From Eledone cirrhosa (Eukaryota): DNA of 64,000 nucleotides. Shown piece after piece: positions 14,549 to 28,375 of the stretch. Each line of letters opens with the position of its first letter. The stretch's first letter is position 1. The notes under the pieces were generated by a model, which saw nothing but the letters and a program-made list of their open reading frames with translations, was not told the origin of the DNA and did no database searches. The stretch spans positions 30,194,001 through 30,258,000 of the forward strand of contig OZ024749.1 of assembly GCA_964016885.1 (NCBI GenBank), in the 5' to 3' direction. The translations under genes and the position numbers were made by a program.

Positions 14549-15487
14549 TTAATATAGAAGAGATTCCAATTACATAGAGCCCCAGTCCGGGGATTGGTTT
14601 CGGAGGTGGTTGGCTTATTTAGTTTAGAGTTGTGGTTGGCTATATTCCTAGCTAGGTTAGGTGTGGTGGAGTAAGACAGTCTTATAGTGTTCTTATTAAA
14701 GATGGTGTAGTACCTATGTTGTATGGGGAAGTGTAATTTCAGTAAAGTGAAGAAAATCCTAGCTATCGGAGTAGATACCTCTCTATTGAAGGGAGGGTTG
14801 TACCAGCTAATCTGCCTATGTCTATTCCTCCTCTGCAATTTTGCGGTGGTTTCTAGGTAAGTTATCTTATCTTTAAATCCGCTACGGGCTAGGGCGTCAT
14901 TGTAGTAGGAGGCAGATGCATTAAAAATATCTTTGTTGGCGGAGAGGCCAGATATTCTAATAGAGACGCTTTTTACTAGGTTATCAGTAATGTTTTGGGG
15001 GTGGTTTGAATTAACATTAATATATTTAAGGGACTCGTTAGGTTTGTGGTACGGGTAATAGAGGGAAGTATCTAGGTCGAGAGTGACATCTAAGAAGTTG
15101 GCCCTAGTCAAATTAGAATCTATAGTAATACTAAATCCTAGATTAGAGAAGAAAGAGCTTAAGTTTTTCCGAAACCCATCGGTGGTTCTGGGGCTAACCT
15201 TATGCAGGGCGAAGAGGCCGTCGTCTCGGTATAAACCTCCAGTAAGGCCGGTAAAGAGGTTCTTCAGGTTATGTAGGATGTACAGGCCCACAAGGTCGCT
15301 AATTTCAGCCGAGTCACTCGCCCCCATGCTAACGTCAAATGGGGTCTGAGATTTCTTGTTGATCCAGTAAGATCCATCGGGGGGCTCTATGTAATTGGAA
15401 TCTCTTCTATATTAAAACTATTATACTCTGCTATGTATTGAGTACCTTACTTACTGTGGTTACCTCCGATTCAACCCGGAATAACGT
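14545..15487 (-). mobile_element. Truncated Penelope-like (Naiad-type) element with inverted family-C termini, in (TA)n
   Basis: 39-bp inverted repeats 14545-14583 and 15381-15419, family-C tail on the right, RT fragment inside. Confidence 0.85.
14567..15380 (-). pseudogene. Penelope-like reverse transcriptase fragment (core to thumb)
   Basis: Open frame FDVSMGASDSAEISDLVGLYIL...GGLYRDDGL...ANFLDVTLDL...PYHKPN..SNHP...WYNPPF...IRLSYSTT, ending at GALCN. Confidence 0.9.
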
Positions 15488-15572
15488 ATATATATATATA
15501 TATATATACACACACATACACACACACATATATATATACATATATGTATATATACGTACATGTATATATACG

Positions 15573-15616
<44 letters not shown>

Positions 15617-15672
15617 TATATGTATATTCAGTAAATATATATATACACATATATATACATATATATATATAC

Positions 15673-15741
<69 letters not shown>

Positions 15742-15742
15742 C

Positions 15743-15789
<47 letters not shown>

Positions 15790-16239
15790 TATACATATAT
15801 ATATATATAGAAAGGATGAATATAAAATGAAAGTGCTTTTGTTAAAAAAGGAATCTATTAGGTATTGACATATGTTTCTGTAACAGACCGAATACCTATG
15901 TATCGCTGCTTGCGTAATCATATAATGTTAGCAAGTATTCGATAGCAAATGTATAATCAGTTGTCACTTCTTCAGAGATTTTGGATAAACTGGATTAAAT
16001 CAGAGAAATTGAAGTATTTATATTAGTAAAAGAGGAAGGAACAGAGGGGATAGAATATGACAGATGGTAAAATAATTTACTGCTAAACAAGTATATAATG
16101 GGTTTTTAATGAGAATACCATGAGTAAATCTAAATAAGAATTTTGGGAGTGCCGATTTTAATCTCTACTTGACCAACTGGACAGTGGACAGGGCTGGTCA
16201 TTTGGTGCAGTAGTATTAATTGATAACCTGAAATTTTAT

Positions 16240-16437
16240 ATATATATATATATATATTTGTATATATATATATATATTTTTTTTTTTGCGTGTGTGAATA
16301 TGTAGTGGAGTGCATTCATGTATGTGTATGTATGTACGTTGTATGTTTGTGTGAATGTATGTATGTGAATGTATGTATGTGTATATATATATATATACAC
16401 TCACACACACACACATATATATATATATATACATATA

Positions 16438-16481
<44 letters not shown>

Positions 16482-16541
16482 TATATGTATATTCAGTAAA
16501 TATATATATACACATATATATATATACATATATATATATAC

Positions 16542-16600
<59 letters not shown>

Positions 16601-16602
16601 CG

Positions 16603-16661
<59 letters not shown>

Positions 16662-16837
16662 TTGTATATATATATATTTTTTTTTTTGCGTGTGTGAATA
16701 TGTAGTGGAGTGCATTCATGTATGTGTATGTATGTACGTTGTATGTTTGTGTGAATGTATGTATGTGTATATATATGTGTATATATATATATATACACTC
16801 ACACACACACAGATATATATATATATATATACATATA

Positions 16838-16885
<48 letters not shown>

Positions 16886-16945
16886 TATATGTATATTCAG
16901 TAAATATATATATACACATATATATATATACATATATATATATAC

Positions 16946-17002
<57 letters not shown>

Positions 17003-17003
17003 C

Positions 17004-17069
<66 letters not shown>

Positions 17070-17180
17070 TTGTATATATATATATATATATTTTTTTTTT
17101 GCGTGTGTGAATATGTAGTGGAGTGCATTCATGTATGTGTATGTATGTACGTTGTATGTTTGTGTGAATGTATGTATGTG
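16240..17180. repeat. ~400-bp TA-rich tandem unit (3 anchor copies) built on microsatellite
   Basis: GCGTGTGTGAATATGTAGTGGAGTGCATTCATG at 16288, 16688 and 17101; ATTCAGTAAA at 15626, 16491 and 16895. Confidence 0.85.
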
Positions 17181-17222
17181 TATATATATATGTGTGTGTA
17201 TGTGTATGCTTGTACACACACA

Positions 17223-17265
<43 letters not shown>

Positions 17266-17850
17266 TTATATATATATATATATATATATATGTACATGTA
17301 TATATATGTGTGTGTGTATGTGTGTGTGTGTGTGTATATGTGTGTGAGTGTGTGTGTGTGTATGTATGAATGTATGTATGTGTATATGTGTGTATATATT
17401 TGTATGTGTGTGTAGGTGTACGTTTTATATATATATATATATGTGTATATGTATATATGTATGCGTACATTTATATATATGTATATATGTATGTGTGTGT
17501 AAGTATGCTTTTGTGTTTTTTTGTGTGTGTGTTTGCATGTGTAGTTTTATTTTATTTTTCCTTTCCTTCTCCCTTTTCCAGCCTCACTTTCATATAGATT
17601 GCATTTTTGTTTTTAGAATCCATATTCAATAAACAAACCAGGATTTTTCATTCTGAGGATTGAAAGCAAAACCTTTTGCTTTTAAGAAACCACTGGTAAA
17701 TGGAATAATTGCCTTATGTTGTTTATTACATAATAATAATAATTAAGCTCTGTTGCCTAGAGCACTCTTTATTACATAATAATAATAATTAAGCTCTGTT
17801 GCCATAGAGCACTCTTTTTTCCTGGACTTTTCCGATGGAATTACTTCATT

Positions 17851-17887
<37 letters not shown>

Positions 17888-18059
17888 CTATATATATAGT
17901 AAGTGCCATACTAAGAGTGAGAAATGAAATTTCGTTTTCATTTTTTTCAACTTATATATATATATATATATATACACATATATATATACATATATATACA
18001 TATTTATATATATATATATTATATACATTGGAAAAGTAAATAACAACAACAAGGTGTAC

Positions 18060-18106
<47 letters not shown>

Positions 18107-18108
<2 letters not shown>

Positions 18109-18306
18109 AACGAGTAGGACCCCGACGGCTGAGCTGAAGCCGTTTCGACGGCTTATTCTGGACTAATATGTCCAGAATTAGCCGTCGAAACGGCTTGAGC
18201 TCAGCCGTCGTGGTCCTACTCGTTCCTATTACCCACTCTACTACCCTAAGTATTGAGTACTTTGGTGCGTTATGGTCCACCTGGTTCCTTACCACATTTC
18301 TTCCGT

Positions 18307-18308
<2 letters not shown>
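18107..18308 (+). mobile_element. Palindromic Penelope-like terminus (family B) plus tail
   Basis: Same arms and tail as 11604, different centre (GGACTAATATGTCC). Confidence 0.7.
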
Positions 18309-18338
<30 letters not shown>

Positions 18339-19677
18339 ATAAATAAATTAGACAATTATCAAAGTTGTGTTCAAATCATTTAATAGCTGACAATCGTTTG
18401 GAGTCATCGGAGCATTATCAACGTTTGTACATATAATTATGCTCCTATTCAACTGAACAATAATATAGATACATATATATTGATGTTGTGAGCAACAGTT
18501 TCGTATTTACAGGGTGGAATGGATGTGACATATTTTATGAGAATTTTACCATAATTGTACAAACATCCAAATTCAAATTAGGATTAATCAGCACCCACAA
18601 CTACACACTCTTTGAACAACTCTGTCCTCTACACAACTCCTATTTATATGTAACCTCATGCTAATTAATCTATTGTAGTTATATCACAAGGTGGTAACTT
18701 TATGTTTAATCCTAACTGTTATACGCAGGTTCTATACACCTCCTACCACATTATACGTTACTCATATAGTATATTATATATATTTATACAAGATCGAATA
18801 GTACGTTTCGTGTTTTTTGTTTCAGTTCAAATTTCTTCAGTGGTCAAGTTCGCTTTTTATCCTTTCGAAGTCGATAAATAAAGCGCAATATCGAACTGTT
18901 GTCAATCATTCTAGAGAGTTCCTCTACCATTGAACAAATAGTTTAGGAACCAGGCTGGCATAAACCATGTGTATCCAATTAGAAATCTGACGAATGTGCA
19001 GAGTTCTTAGAACGTCAGACCGAATCTTTTGAGGTATTCCATCCGGCGCTCTCCCTTGAGTTCAAGTCACGCCGAGATCGAGATAAAGTTTGCCTTTCAT
19101 ACAGTCGATGTTTTAAAAGAAGTAACAATCTAGTATTGGGATGGATTATTCCTCTATATCTCATTCTCACTTCTATTCTTTCACTCTCTATATTCTGCTA
19201 TAGAAAAAAACTCGCGGTGTTCACACTAGAGAGGAGATGGGTTCCGCCAGGCTTAAACAAATTTACTTAGAAACACCGTATGACACTACGCCATCTCTAC
19301 GACTCCGGCAAGTGCTACCGGTCCATACCATGCCATGCAACACCATTAGCCACACTAGGCTTAAAACTTTATAGTCTGATCAAAGTACACTCAAGGAATG
19401 ACCAGATGAGGTTTATTTTTCAACGTAGTCTCTGGGAAGAAACAATGGAGTTATTAATAAAAGGAGTTGACATTTATGCACTCAAGATTTCACCTCCCAA
19501 GCATCACTCCTTCATAAACAGCTTTTCAACCGTCTCTCGTATGTATGTATGTATGTATGTATGTATGTATGTATGTATGTATGTATGTATGTATGTATGT
19601 ATGTATGTATGTATGTATGTATGTGTATGTATGTATGTATGTATGTATGTATGTATGTATGTATGTATGTATGTATG

Positions 19678-20234
19678 TCATGGTCGGGTCGTTGGCGACT
19701 AAACTGGCAACCCCACCAAGGTTTCTTGGTGAGGAGGGTGACTTTGGACATCCTGCAGGACTAAAAACAAAACCTGTCAAAGGGCAAAGGAGCTCTTAAG
19801 AGTCAATGGCCATCCAAAATCACCGGGAGAGATGACCCCTTAGCCTTTGTCAAGGCAGGATTCTAGGAGAAGGAAAACTCTGATATAACACCTGCAACCC
19901 TGATGGTATCCAATGATGTTGAATTGTTCTTCTTTTTGGTAAATATCATCTTGGTTAAGAGAGTGGGACTGGCTTTGTGCAGTGCCTTTGCTCACTATAA
20001 AAGCTTCACGGCACAGGCATTGCTTTATATCGGGAGATCTCTCTGCACTTGTCGTCACATGGTACCATGGGCCCATCACTATGTGTCAATAATTGTCACA
20101 AGTGTAGTGTTTGTACCAGAGTTTTCAAGTCGCTGGCTAGACTAAAAAGTCACACTCGTTTAGCGCATTGGTCGGGGTTCTCCTACATGGATATAAAGTA
20201 GTCGCCGTACTCGAAAACGAGTTGGCAGCCACCA
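19678..20234 (+). mobile_element. Non-autonomous RTE-like element (family R), slightly 5'-truncated, between (TATG)n tracts
   Basis: Near-identical to 20309-20915; ends GAGTTGGCAGCCACC(ATGT)n. Confidence 0.8.
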
Positions 20235-20308
20235 TGTATGTATGTATGTATGTATGTATGTATGTATGTATGTATGTATGTATGTATGTATGTATGTATG
20301 TATGTATG

Positions 20309-20915
20309 TCAGGTCACCAGTTGGTGCTACTGGTAACATGTATCCCAGTACAACCTGTCTCATGATCGGGTCGTTGGCGACCAAACTGGCAACCCCACCA
20401 AGGTTTCTTGGTGAGGAGGGTGACTTTGGACATCCTGAAGGACTAAAAACAAAACCTGTCAAAAGGCAAAGGAGCTCTTAAGAGTCAATGGCTATCCAAA
20501 ATCACCGGGAGAGATAACCCCTTAGCCTTTGTGAAGGCAGAATTATAGGAGAAGGAAAACTCTGATATAACACCTGCAACCCTGATGGTATCCAATGATG
20601 TTGACTTGTTCTTCTTTTTGGTAAATATCATCTTGGTTAAGAGAGTGGGACTGGCTTTGTGCAGTGCCTTTGCTCACTATAAAAGTTTCACGGCACAGGC
20701 ATTGCTTTATATCTAGAGATCTCTCTGCACTTGTCGTCACATGGTACCATGGGCCCAGCACTATATGTCAATAATTGTCACAAGTGTAGTGTTTGTACCA
20801 GAGTTTTCAAGTGGCTGGCTGGACTAAAAAGTCAAACACATTCAGCGCATCGGTAGGGGTTCTCCTACATGGATATAAAGTAGTGGCCGTACTCGAAAAC
20901 GAGTTGGCAGCCACC
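20309..20915 (+). mobile_element. Non-autonomous RTE-like element (family R), full unit ~607 bp, between (TATG)n tracts
   Basis: Five copies in the window; no long ORF; GGAGAAGGAAAACTCTGAT resembles RTE-clade 5'UTRs (recalled, not searched). Confidence 0.75.
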
Positions 20916-20918
20916 ATG

Positions 20919-20949
<31 letters not shown>

Positions 20950-21120
20950 GGTATGTATGTATGTATGTATGTATGTATGTATGTATGTATGTATGTATGT
21001 ATGTATGTATGTATGTATGTATGTATGTATGTATGTATGTGTGTCTGTTTCTCTTTGTGGTGGTGTTGAGATCTGGTGGTGGAGTGTCTGTGTGTCTCTG
21101 CTTTGTTGTCGGGGAGTCTG

Positions 21121-21616
<496 letters not shown>

Positions 21617-22143
21617 CTGTCTATATTTCTCTGTGTGGTGGTGTTTGAATGACTCTATTAAGTTAGTGGAGTGTCCGTGTCTGTGCCAGTGTGTGTGTGT
21701 GTATTTATATATATATATATATTGTTGGAAATATCACGTGACAACTAAATGTTCGATTCGCTTGCTGTTAGCAGCACAATTTAGTGTTCGCCCTGTTCTT
21801 TGGTAGAACGAAATTCATGTTGATGAAATGTGTCCTCTGCTCGATCATGAATACCACGAGCTTGCCAGTTACGTAATTCTGATATTTGAATTCGGATTCA
21901 TAGAAACAATTTAAACGTATAACGTTTGATTTGTCCAGGTGTATTTTTTCAACCTGTTAGTTTTTTAGTTACTTTGATAGTGTGTGTTAGATTTTGCCTA
22001 CCACAATGTTCAATTTGTGAAGCTATTTAAAAGTATGTTATTACTCTAAGGACCTACACTTATCGAGTGCTTTGCTAACTCATTTATATTGTAGGTCGAA
22101 TTTGCTTGCCCACAGCCAAAGATTCGATTTTACTAAGCCTCCA

Positions 22144-22207
<64 letters not shown>

Positions 22208-22217
22208 CACACACAGG

Positions 22218-22303
<86 letters not shown>

Positions 22304-22493
22304 TGTGTATGTCTATGTTTCTCTGTATATGCTACTGTTTGACCCCGACACCCAGTCTAACCAATATTCAGCTGAGATCACGATATTTCAATTGTTATAT
22401 CGACATGTTTTCTTGAATGAGATTTAATTCGAATTTGCTTTAACAGCAAGTGCCTAAAATTACTTTCTTCAAAAAGTGCTGCATACAGACTTG

Positions 22494-22580
<87 letters not shown>

Positions 22581-22671
22581 TATATATGTTAGGAAAGTTT
22601 AGACAAAAATATAACAAAAATATAGCATACACACACACACAAATATAAACACACATACATACCCATGTACT

Positions 22672-22706
<35 letters not shown>

Positions 22707-23120
22707 GTGTATGAATATGTGAATATATATATATATATATATATCATATATATATATATATATATATATATGTGTATATATACATGTATATATATGTGGT
22801 TGTGTGCATTTATTCATTTAATTGCATTCCTACGTTGGAATGGTGCCATGTTACCACTTTAGTATTACTGCTTTCTGTTGCTTTCATTTTGAGGAATTCA
22901 TGTTCACGTGCTTCAGTTAAAACCTGTGGTCGTCGTTGTGGTGTTGGTGGGGGTTGGGGGTTATTAACTCTTAATATCCTGTACCACATGAAACCACATG
23001 CGCAATAATCTTCTAAAAAATTACAAAACAACTCCAAGGCTGCAAATAAATCTAATACTGCAACCTTTGACTACCAACTGTCCACTAGTGAAGGTACTAT
23101 AGACATTTGTGTTCACAAAT

Positions 23121-23218
<98 letters not shown>

Positions 23219-23224
23219 CTATAT

Positions 23225-23466
23225 ATAGAAATATTAAAACAATGAAATTCAACACAAAACTGTTAATTCATAATTATTTCAGAAGACGGCGGGTAGTGAA
23301 GTCGTATGTATATTTTTTTTACTATGATATTTTGTAATATGTTTTACATAGATCAATAATTGAATGAACAAACAGGGAACAACTCCCCAGAAACGATCGT
23401 AAGATAATGAGTTTTACTATGAATTAACAGTATTGTGTTTAATTTCATTGTTTTAATATTTCTATT
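23225..23466. repeat. Imperfect ~46-bp inverted repeats around a ~150-bp spacer, next to (TA)n
   Basis: ATAGAAATATTAAAACAATGAAATT..CTGTTAATTCATA versus TATGAATTAACAG..AATTTCATTGTTTTAATATTTCTAT. Confidence 0.7.
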
Positions 23467-23626
23467 TTGATTTATCCAATTGAATTATATCGTTGATAAA
23501 ATGTTTGTATTTTAAACTTTGCTACACGACATCTTCTACATACGGATTACATTGAGTTCTTTATACGGTTTAGACCCTATCATTGAGTGGTAGATTTATC
23601 TGTATATATATATATATATATATATA

Positions 23627-23672
<46 letters not shown>

Positions 23673-23675
<3 letters not shown>

Positions 23676-23731
23676 GTTTTAATATAGAAGAGATTCTACA
23701 GGACTAGATCTGTTTCATTCGTGAGAAATCA
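23673..23731 (-). mobile_element. Family C terminus fragment (partial hammerhead)
   Basis: Reverse complement TGATTTCTCACGAATGAAACAGATCTAGTCCTGTAGAATCTCTTCTATATTAAAACT. Confidence 0.7.
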
Positions 23732-23934
23732 TATATATATATATATGAATGTATAGTATATTTGGCAATATACAGTATGTTTAATTTAGAACATGCTGAA
23801 GACCATTCGCTATGAGTCTTAAAGTTGTGACTATGTCACTTGCTTATTCTTGCCAAAAGCAAACAAGTGTGGTCGACAGCTATTTCTCGTTCGTTAGCGT
23901 TTATTAAGACTACTCACTCCATTGCTTCTGCCGA

Positions 23935-24771
23935 GATTTATAGAGGTTGGATTCTTATAAAATTCCAGTAATGTTTAAGAGCTGATTAAACAGCGGTTTC
24001 CGGTCCAGCAAAAATTAGGTATTAGTATTGTTGCTCTGAAACAGAGATGTATACATGTATAACGGAATACTCCTACATAGTACCGGCGAAGATTCGAAAC
24101 CGAATCTGAGCTTTCCCGCCTTTGGGACAAGCCGGAATTGGAAGTTTTCGTCTTTGTCCTCTCAACGATGATGGATGACATTCCATTTGACCTGTAACCC
24201 CAACCCCTTGGCAGATGCTAACCACAGATCAGATGATATATCCATCCTTCTACCTTAGCACTTATTATAAATAGAAGGACTGAGGGAACAAGTGCAGAAT
24301 CGAAGCAGCAGTCAAGAAGATAACTATGTGGTGTCAGTAGACTTTTCACTCTATCTTTCTCTTGGCCCGTACTGGCTTACCCTCTCGGCCAGCCAGACAG
24401 ACAGCTAGCCATGCCGACCTGACAGACTGACCATTACTACTATGAGAATAAGATAAAATAAGAATAGACACACACACACACACCCACTCATAGTAAGTTC
24501 ATATTGTTATTTTATACTCTCATCCTATTCCTGCCATATTGTATCTGCAAGACACAACCCAACTTATATGTTATATCGTCTTCTCTGACACATACATTTA
24601 CGTAGCTCGTAGCAGCTACCAATTTATTGTACGGATATGTTTGTGTCATAAATTCTATCATTCGATGTTCAAATCGAATATTGTTATCATATACACATTG
24701 TTAACAAATCAATCATGGCATTATCCTTTTCATCAAAACCATCATACCAACAATCCAATCTATCCGTTACA
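23935..24771 (+). repeat. Old dispersed repeat X, possibly LTR-like; diverged homolog of 48089-49025 (-)
   Basis: Shared blocks GGCGAAGATTCGAAA.CGAATCT, TATAAATA and GACAGACAG..CTACTAT; both copies end in GTTACA. Confidence 0.5.
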
Positions 24772-24932
24772 CATCAATATATGTATAGTATATTTGGCAA
24801 TATACTGTATGTTTAATTAAAAATAAACATACAGTAAATTTTAAAGTAGTGTCTATGGCATTTACTTATTGGATAGATTGATAGATTCATAAATTAGGTA
24901 TATAGATAGATAGATATATAGATAGATAGATA

Positions 24933-26510
24933 TGTTTCTTTATTATCCACAGGGGCACAAAAGAAGGGGACAAATAAAAAGGGGGAAGTTTACATACAAT
25001 AAAAACGTGTAAAATATTATCACAAATCCAATTTAAAAATTTATCGATTTTCCCCAATAGGGGGAGACATTACATATGGGTAACACATACCACCGAAAAA
25101 AAATGTGCAACCCTCATCTCCAGGAGTACGAAGAGTTTGTACTCCTTTCCTCTCCTCCTCTTTTTCCTCAACCTACAGGCTGATATAGAGAGAAGGCCCA
25201 TTAACTCGGGCCATTCTCGCCACTTTCACCCACCTTTCATAAAACTTGCTGGGGTACAGCACCTCTCTCTCCATTCTGACTCTTCTTCCAAAGTGGTATT
25301 TGAAAAAAAGAATCAATTGTTGGCCGGAGAGAAAGGTGTCTGACCTCAGCCCTTTCAACCTTGTCCACCATACAACCTCTTTTGCCATAGCTATCACACA
25401 AAGGAAAACCGCCTCTCCTTCGTTTTTGAAGGAGGGTGGCGGTTTGATCATGACAATGGACTCGGTGGTCAACTGGATTGGTCCCACCCGCGACAATAGT
25501 CGTTCCACATAGCCCCACAGGTCGGTGACGCTCGGGCAGTGTATGAATGGGTGCGCGATGGTTTCTTTGTCTGGTACGCACCTCGGACAGATCTTTTTTG
25601 CAGGGTCCCTGCTCGGGCGCCCATGTCTGTAGAGCTTGTCTCGAAGTGGTACAGCTCCTCGGTAGCACTGCCAGGCCAGGGACTTTTGGAAGTTGTCCAT
25701 CGGTCCCGGGCGGAAGGTCCTACCGAACAGACTGCCCAGTTCGTCTTCCTCTACGCCCAGAGTTTCACCGAGCACGTCGTCGCACTTGCTGCGGATCAAC
25801 CCTCTATAGAATGACGAAGTGGAGTCTCCACTGATTGCCGGGTCCGCCTGCCAGAGGGCTGTGAGCGCCTGAGCACATTCGATGTGCCAGTCGCCTATTT
25901 TCCTCGGTCTTTGCTTAACCCAGGACTGCAGCTCGGTCAGCGAGACGGGTCGTGGGAAGGCTCGCCTCACGAACGGGGCCCACACCGGTTGTCCGGTGAG
26001 GAATACGTAGAGATGCTGCAGCCTGAACGCGTGTTTGCGCATCATCAGCCATGGCATCCCCAGCCCTCCGTTAGAAGGGCGTTGGCAGCAGATGGATCTT
26101 CTCACCACAGGAACCCGCCTCTTCCAAAGGAATTGGAAGAACGCGCGCTCCATTTTGGCGAGCGTTTTGGCTGGACAAGGCACGACGGTCAAGCGGTAGT
26201 AGATGGCGGACGCTATAAAAGTGTTCGCCACCTCCGCTCGACCGTTCAATGATAGTTTGCACTCGGCCCACTTCTGGGTGAGTGCAAACACCTTGGCCGA
26301 CACCTCGTTCCAGTTCTTCTCCACCTGGAGGTCCGGACCAAACCAGACCCCGAGCAGCTTTACTGGTCCTTCCGTCCAGCGGCCGAAGTCGCCATCGGAA
26401 GGCATCGGTTTGCCTCTCCACGATCCGAGTTGCAAACCGATGGACTTGTCCCGGTTCAGCTTCGCTCCTGTGAACCTTTCGTATTCCTTCAGTAAGGTGC
26501 CGACTTCCTC
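24933..26510 (-). mobile_element. 5'-truncated Tx1-like non-LTR retrotransposon with (TATC)n on both sides
   Basis: ORF2 C-terminal part homologous to 38351-41788; 3' end AATAAAGAAACA-TATC; 5' junction has ATC microhomology with the repeat. Confidence 0.93.
25173..26510 (-). pseudogene. Truncated ORF2 (post-YADD RT region and C-terminal zinc motif)
   Basis: GAKLNRDKS..VKLLGVWF...GGLGMP...CPRC..ETIAHPFIHC. Confidence 0.9.
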
Positions 26511-26580
<70 letters not shown>

Positions 26581-26965
26581 AATACATTCCAATACGTACG
26601 CCGTAAACGTATCCAAAAAAAACGCGCCGGTACACCAGGGCGCGCACACGCACTTATATGTATATTATATTAATAAAATATTATTATCAAATGAAATGAA
26701 AAAAAAAAACATTGTTTATCAACCTAAAAATAACAGTAATATAATAATATATCATTGCTTATAAGTCTGGTCCGTCACAGGACTTGTCATTTTGTTTTTG
26801 TTATAAAACCGGCATTTTCGATATAAACAAGCTTTATATTTATACCTATGTATGGTATGCTCTATTACACTATGGTATGGAATGTATGTATGTATGTATG
26901 TATGTATGTATGTATGTATGTATGCATGTATGTATGTATGTATGTATGTATGTATGTATGATATG

Positions 26966-27559
26966 TCAGGTCACCAGTTGGTGCTACTGGTAACATGTAT
27001 TCCAGTACAACCTGTCCCATGGTCGGGTCGTTGGCGACTAAACTGGCAACCCCACCAAGGTTTCTTGGTGAGGAGGGTGACTTTGGACATCCTGCAGCAC
27101 TAAAAACAAAACCTGTCAAAGGGCAAAGGAGCTCTTAAGAGTCAATGGCCATCCAAAATCACCGAGAGAGATGACCCCTTAGCCTTTGTCAAGGCAGAAT
27201 TCTAGGAGAAGGAAAACTCTGATATAACACCTGCAACCCTGATGGTATTCAATGATGTTGACTTGTTCTTCTTTTTGGTAAATATCGTCTTAGTTAAGAG
27301 AGTGGGACTGGCTTTGTGCAGTGCCTTTGCTCACAATAAAAGCTTCACGGCACAGGCATTTCTTTATATCTGGAGATCTCTCTGCACTTGTCGTCACATG
27401 GTACCATAGGCCCAGCACTATGTGTCAATAATTGTCACAAGTGTAGTGTTTGTACCAGAGTTTTCAAGTCGCTGGCTGGACTAAAAAGTCACAGTTGTTC
27501 AGCGCATCCTACATGGATATAAAGTAGTGGCCGTACTCGAAAACGAGTTGGCAGCCACC
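26966..27559 (+). mobile_element. Non-autonomous RTE-like element (family R) in (TATG)n
   Basis: Matches 20309-20915 with a small deletion near the 3' end. Confidence 0.8.
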
Positions 27560-27933
27560 ATGTACGTATGTAAGCATGTATGTATGTACTTATGTATGTA
27601 CGTATGTATGTATTTATGCATGTATGCATACATATAAGCATATAGGTAGTCATCTGCATTATGTGGTTAATCATGTACATGTATATTTACACAGAGACAG
27701 ACACACACACATACACACACACACATATATATATATATACACAAAATCTAAGATATATAACATAAAATTGATCAACGTGTATATATATATAAGTATATAT
27801 ATATATATAGATGGATAGATAGATATGTGTGTGTGTATTTTTGTGTTGTGTGAGTATATATTTATATATATATATATATATAATAATGAAATGACAGGAG
27901 GCTGGATTTGTGTAAATCCTTGAAAGGTTTATT

Positions 27934-27991
27934 ATACTATGATCATTTCAATGACCGGGTTCCGTATGAATCCAGTGATATCATCAGGTAT
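27934..27991 (-). ncRNA. Type I hammerhead ribozyme motif (family F)
   Basis: Minus strand: ATAC CTGATGA tatcACTGG...CCGGTcatt GAAA TGATCA TA GTAT; palindromic stem III ATGATCAT. Confidence 0.7.
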
Positions 27992-28259
27992 TCGAAATAT
28001 AATACGTGAATGTAATAGATAAAATCCATGGGGCTGAAAATCGAGGGCCCGAGGGCGACCGCTATTCTGTTCCTTCAACCTCAGCCGGTCGCCCTCGTAA
28101 TAATAATAAATTTGAAGACTAAAATCCAAAGAGGGCTCGATAAGGATAAATATATATCAAATATATAAGAACCGTAGAGCAAATATTTATTAAAATAACA
28201 GATTAAAGTTTAAGCAAAGAATCACTGCTTTCACCCTTAACGGGATCTTCTGAAACTCT

Positions 28260-28312
28260 GAGTTTCAGAAGATCCCGTTAAGGGTGAAAGCAGCGATTCT
28301 TTGCTTAAACTT
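28260..28312 (+). ncRNA. Hammerhead-like motif (family D, CAGAAGA core); mirror copy at 28207-28258 (-)
   Basis: AGTTT CAGAAGA tCCC gttaa GGGt GAAA GCA..TGC TT AAACT. Confidence 0.6.
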
Positions 28313-28326
28313 TAATCTGTTATTTT

Positions 28327-28372
<46 letters not shown>

Positions 28373-28375
<3 letters not shown>

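Larger units (their letters stand above)
27880..28331 (-). mobile_element. Palindromic Penelope-like terminus (family D) with tail and an extra hammerhead-bearing extension
   Basis: Inverted arms ~28187-28258 and 28260-28331; 28098-28199 matches 51718-51820; the right arm matches 53942-54010. Confidence 0.8.

Noticed and set aside
19840-20145. Recurring short ORFs in family R copies
   Set aside because: No recognisable domain, and starts and stops vary between copies
24193-24771. Solo LTR bounded by TGTAAC...GTTACA
   Set aside because: No target-site duplication, and similarity to the second copy extends upstream of 24193; kept only as low-confidence repeat X
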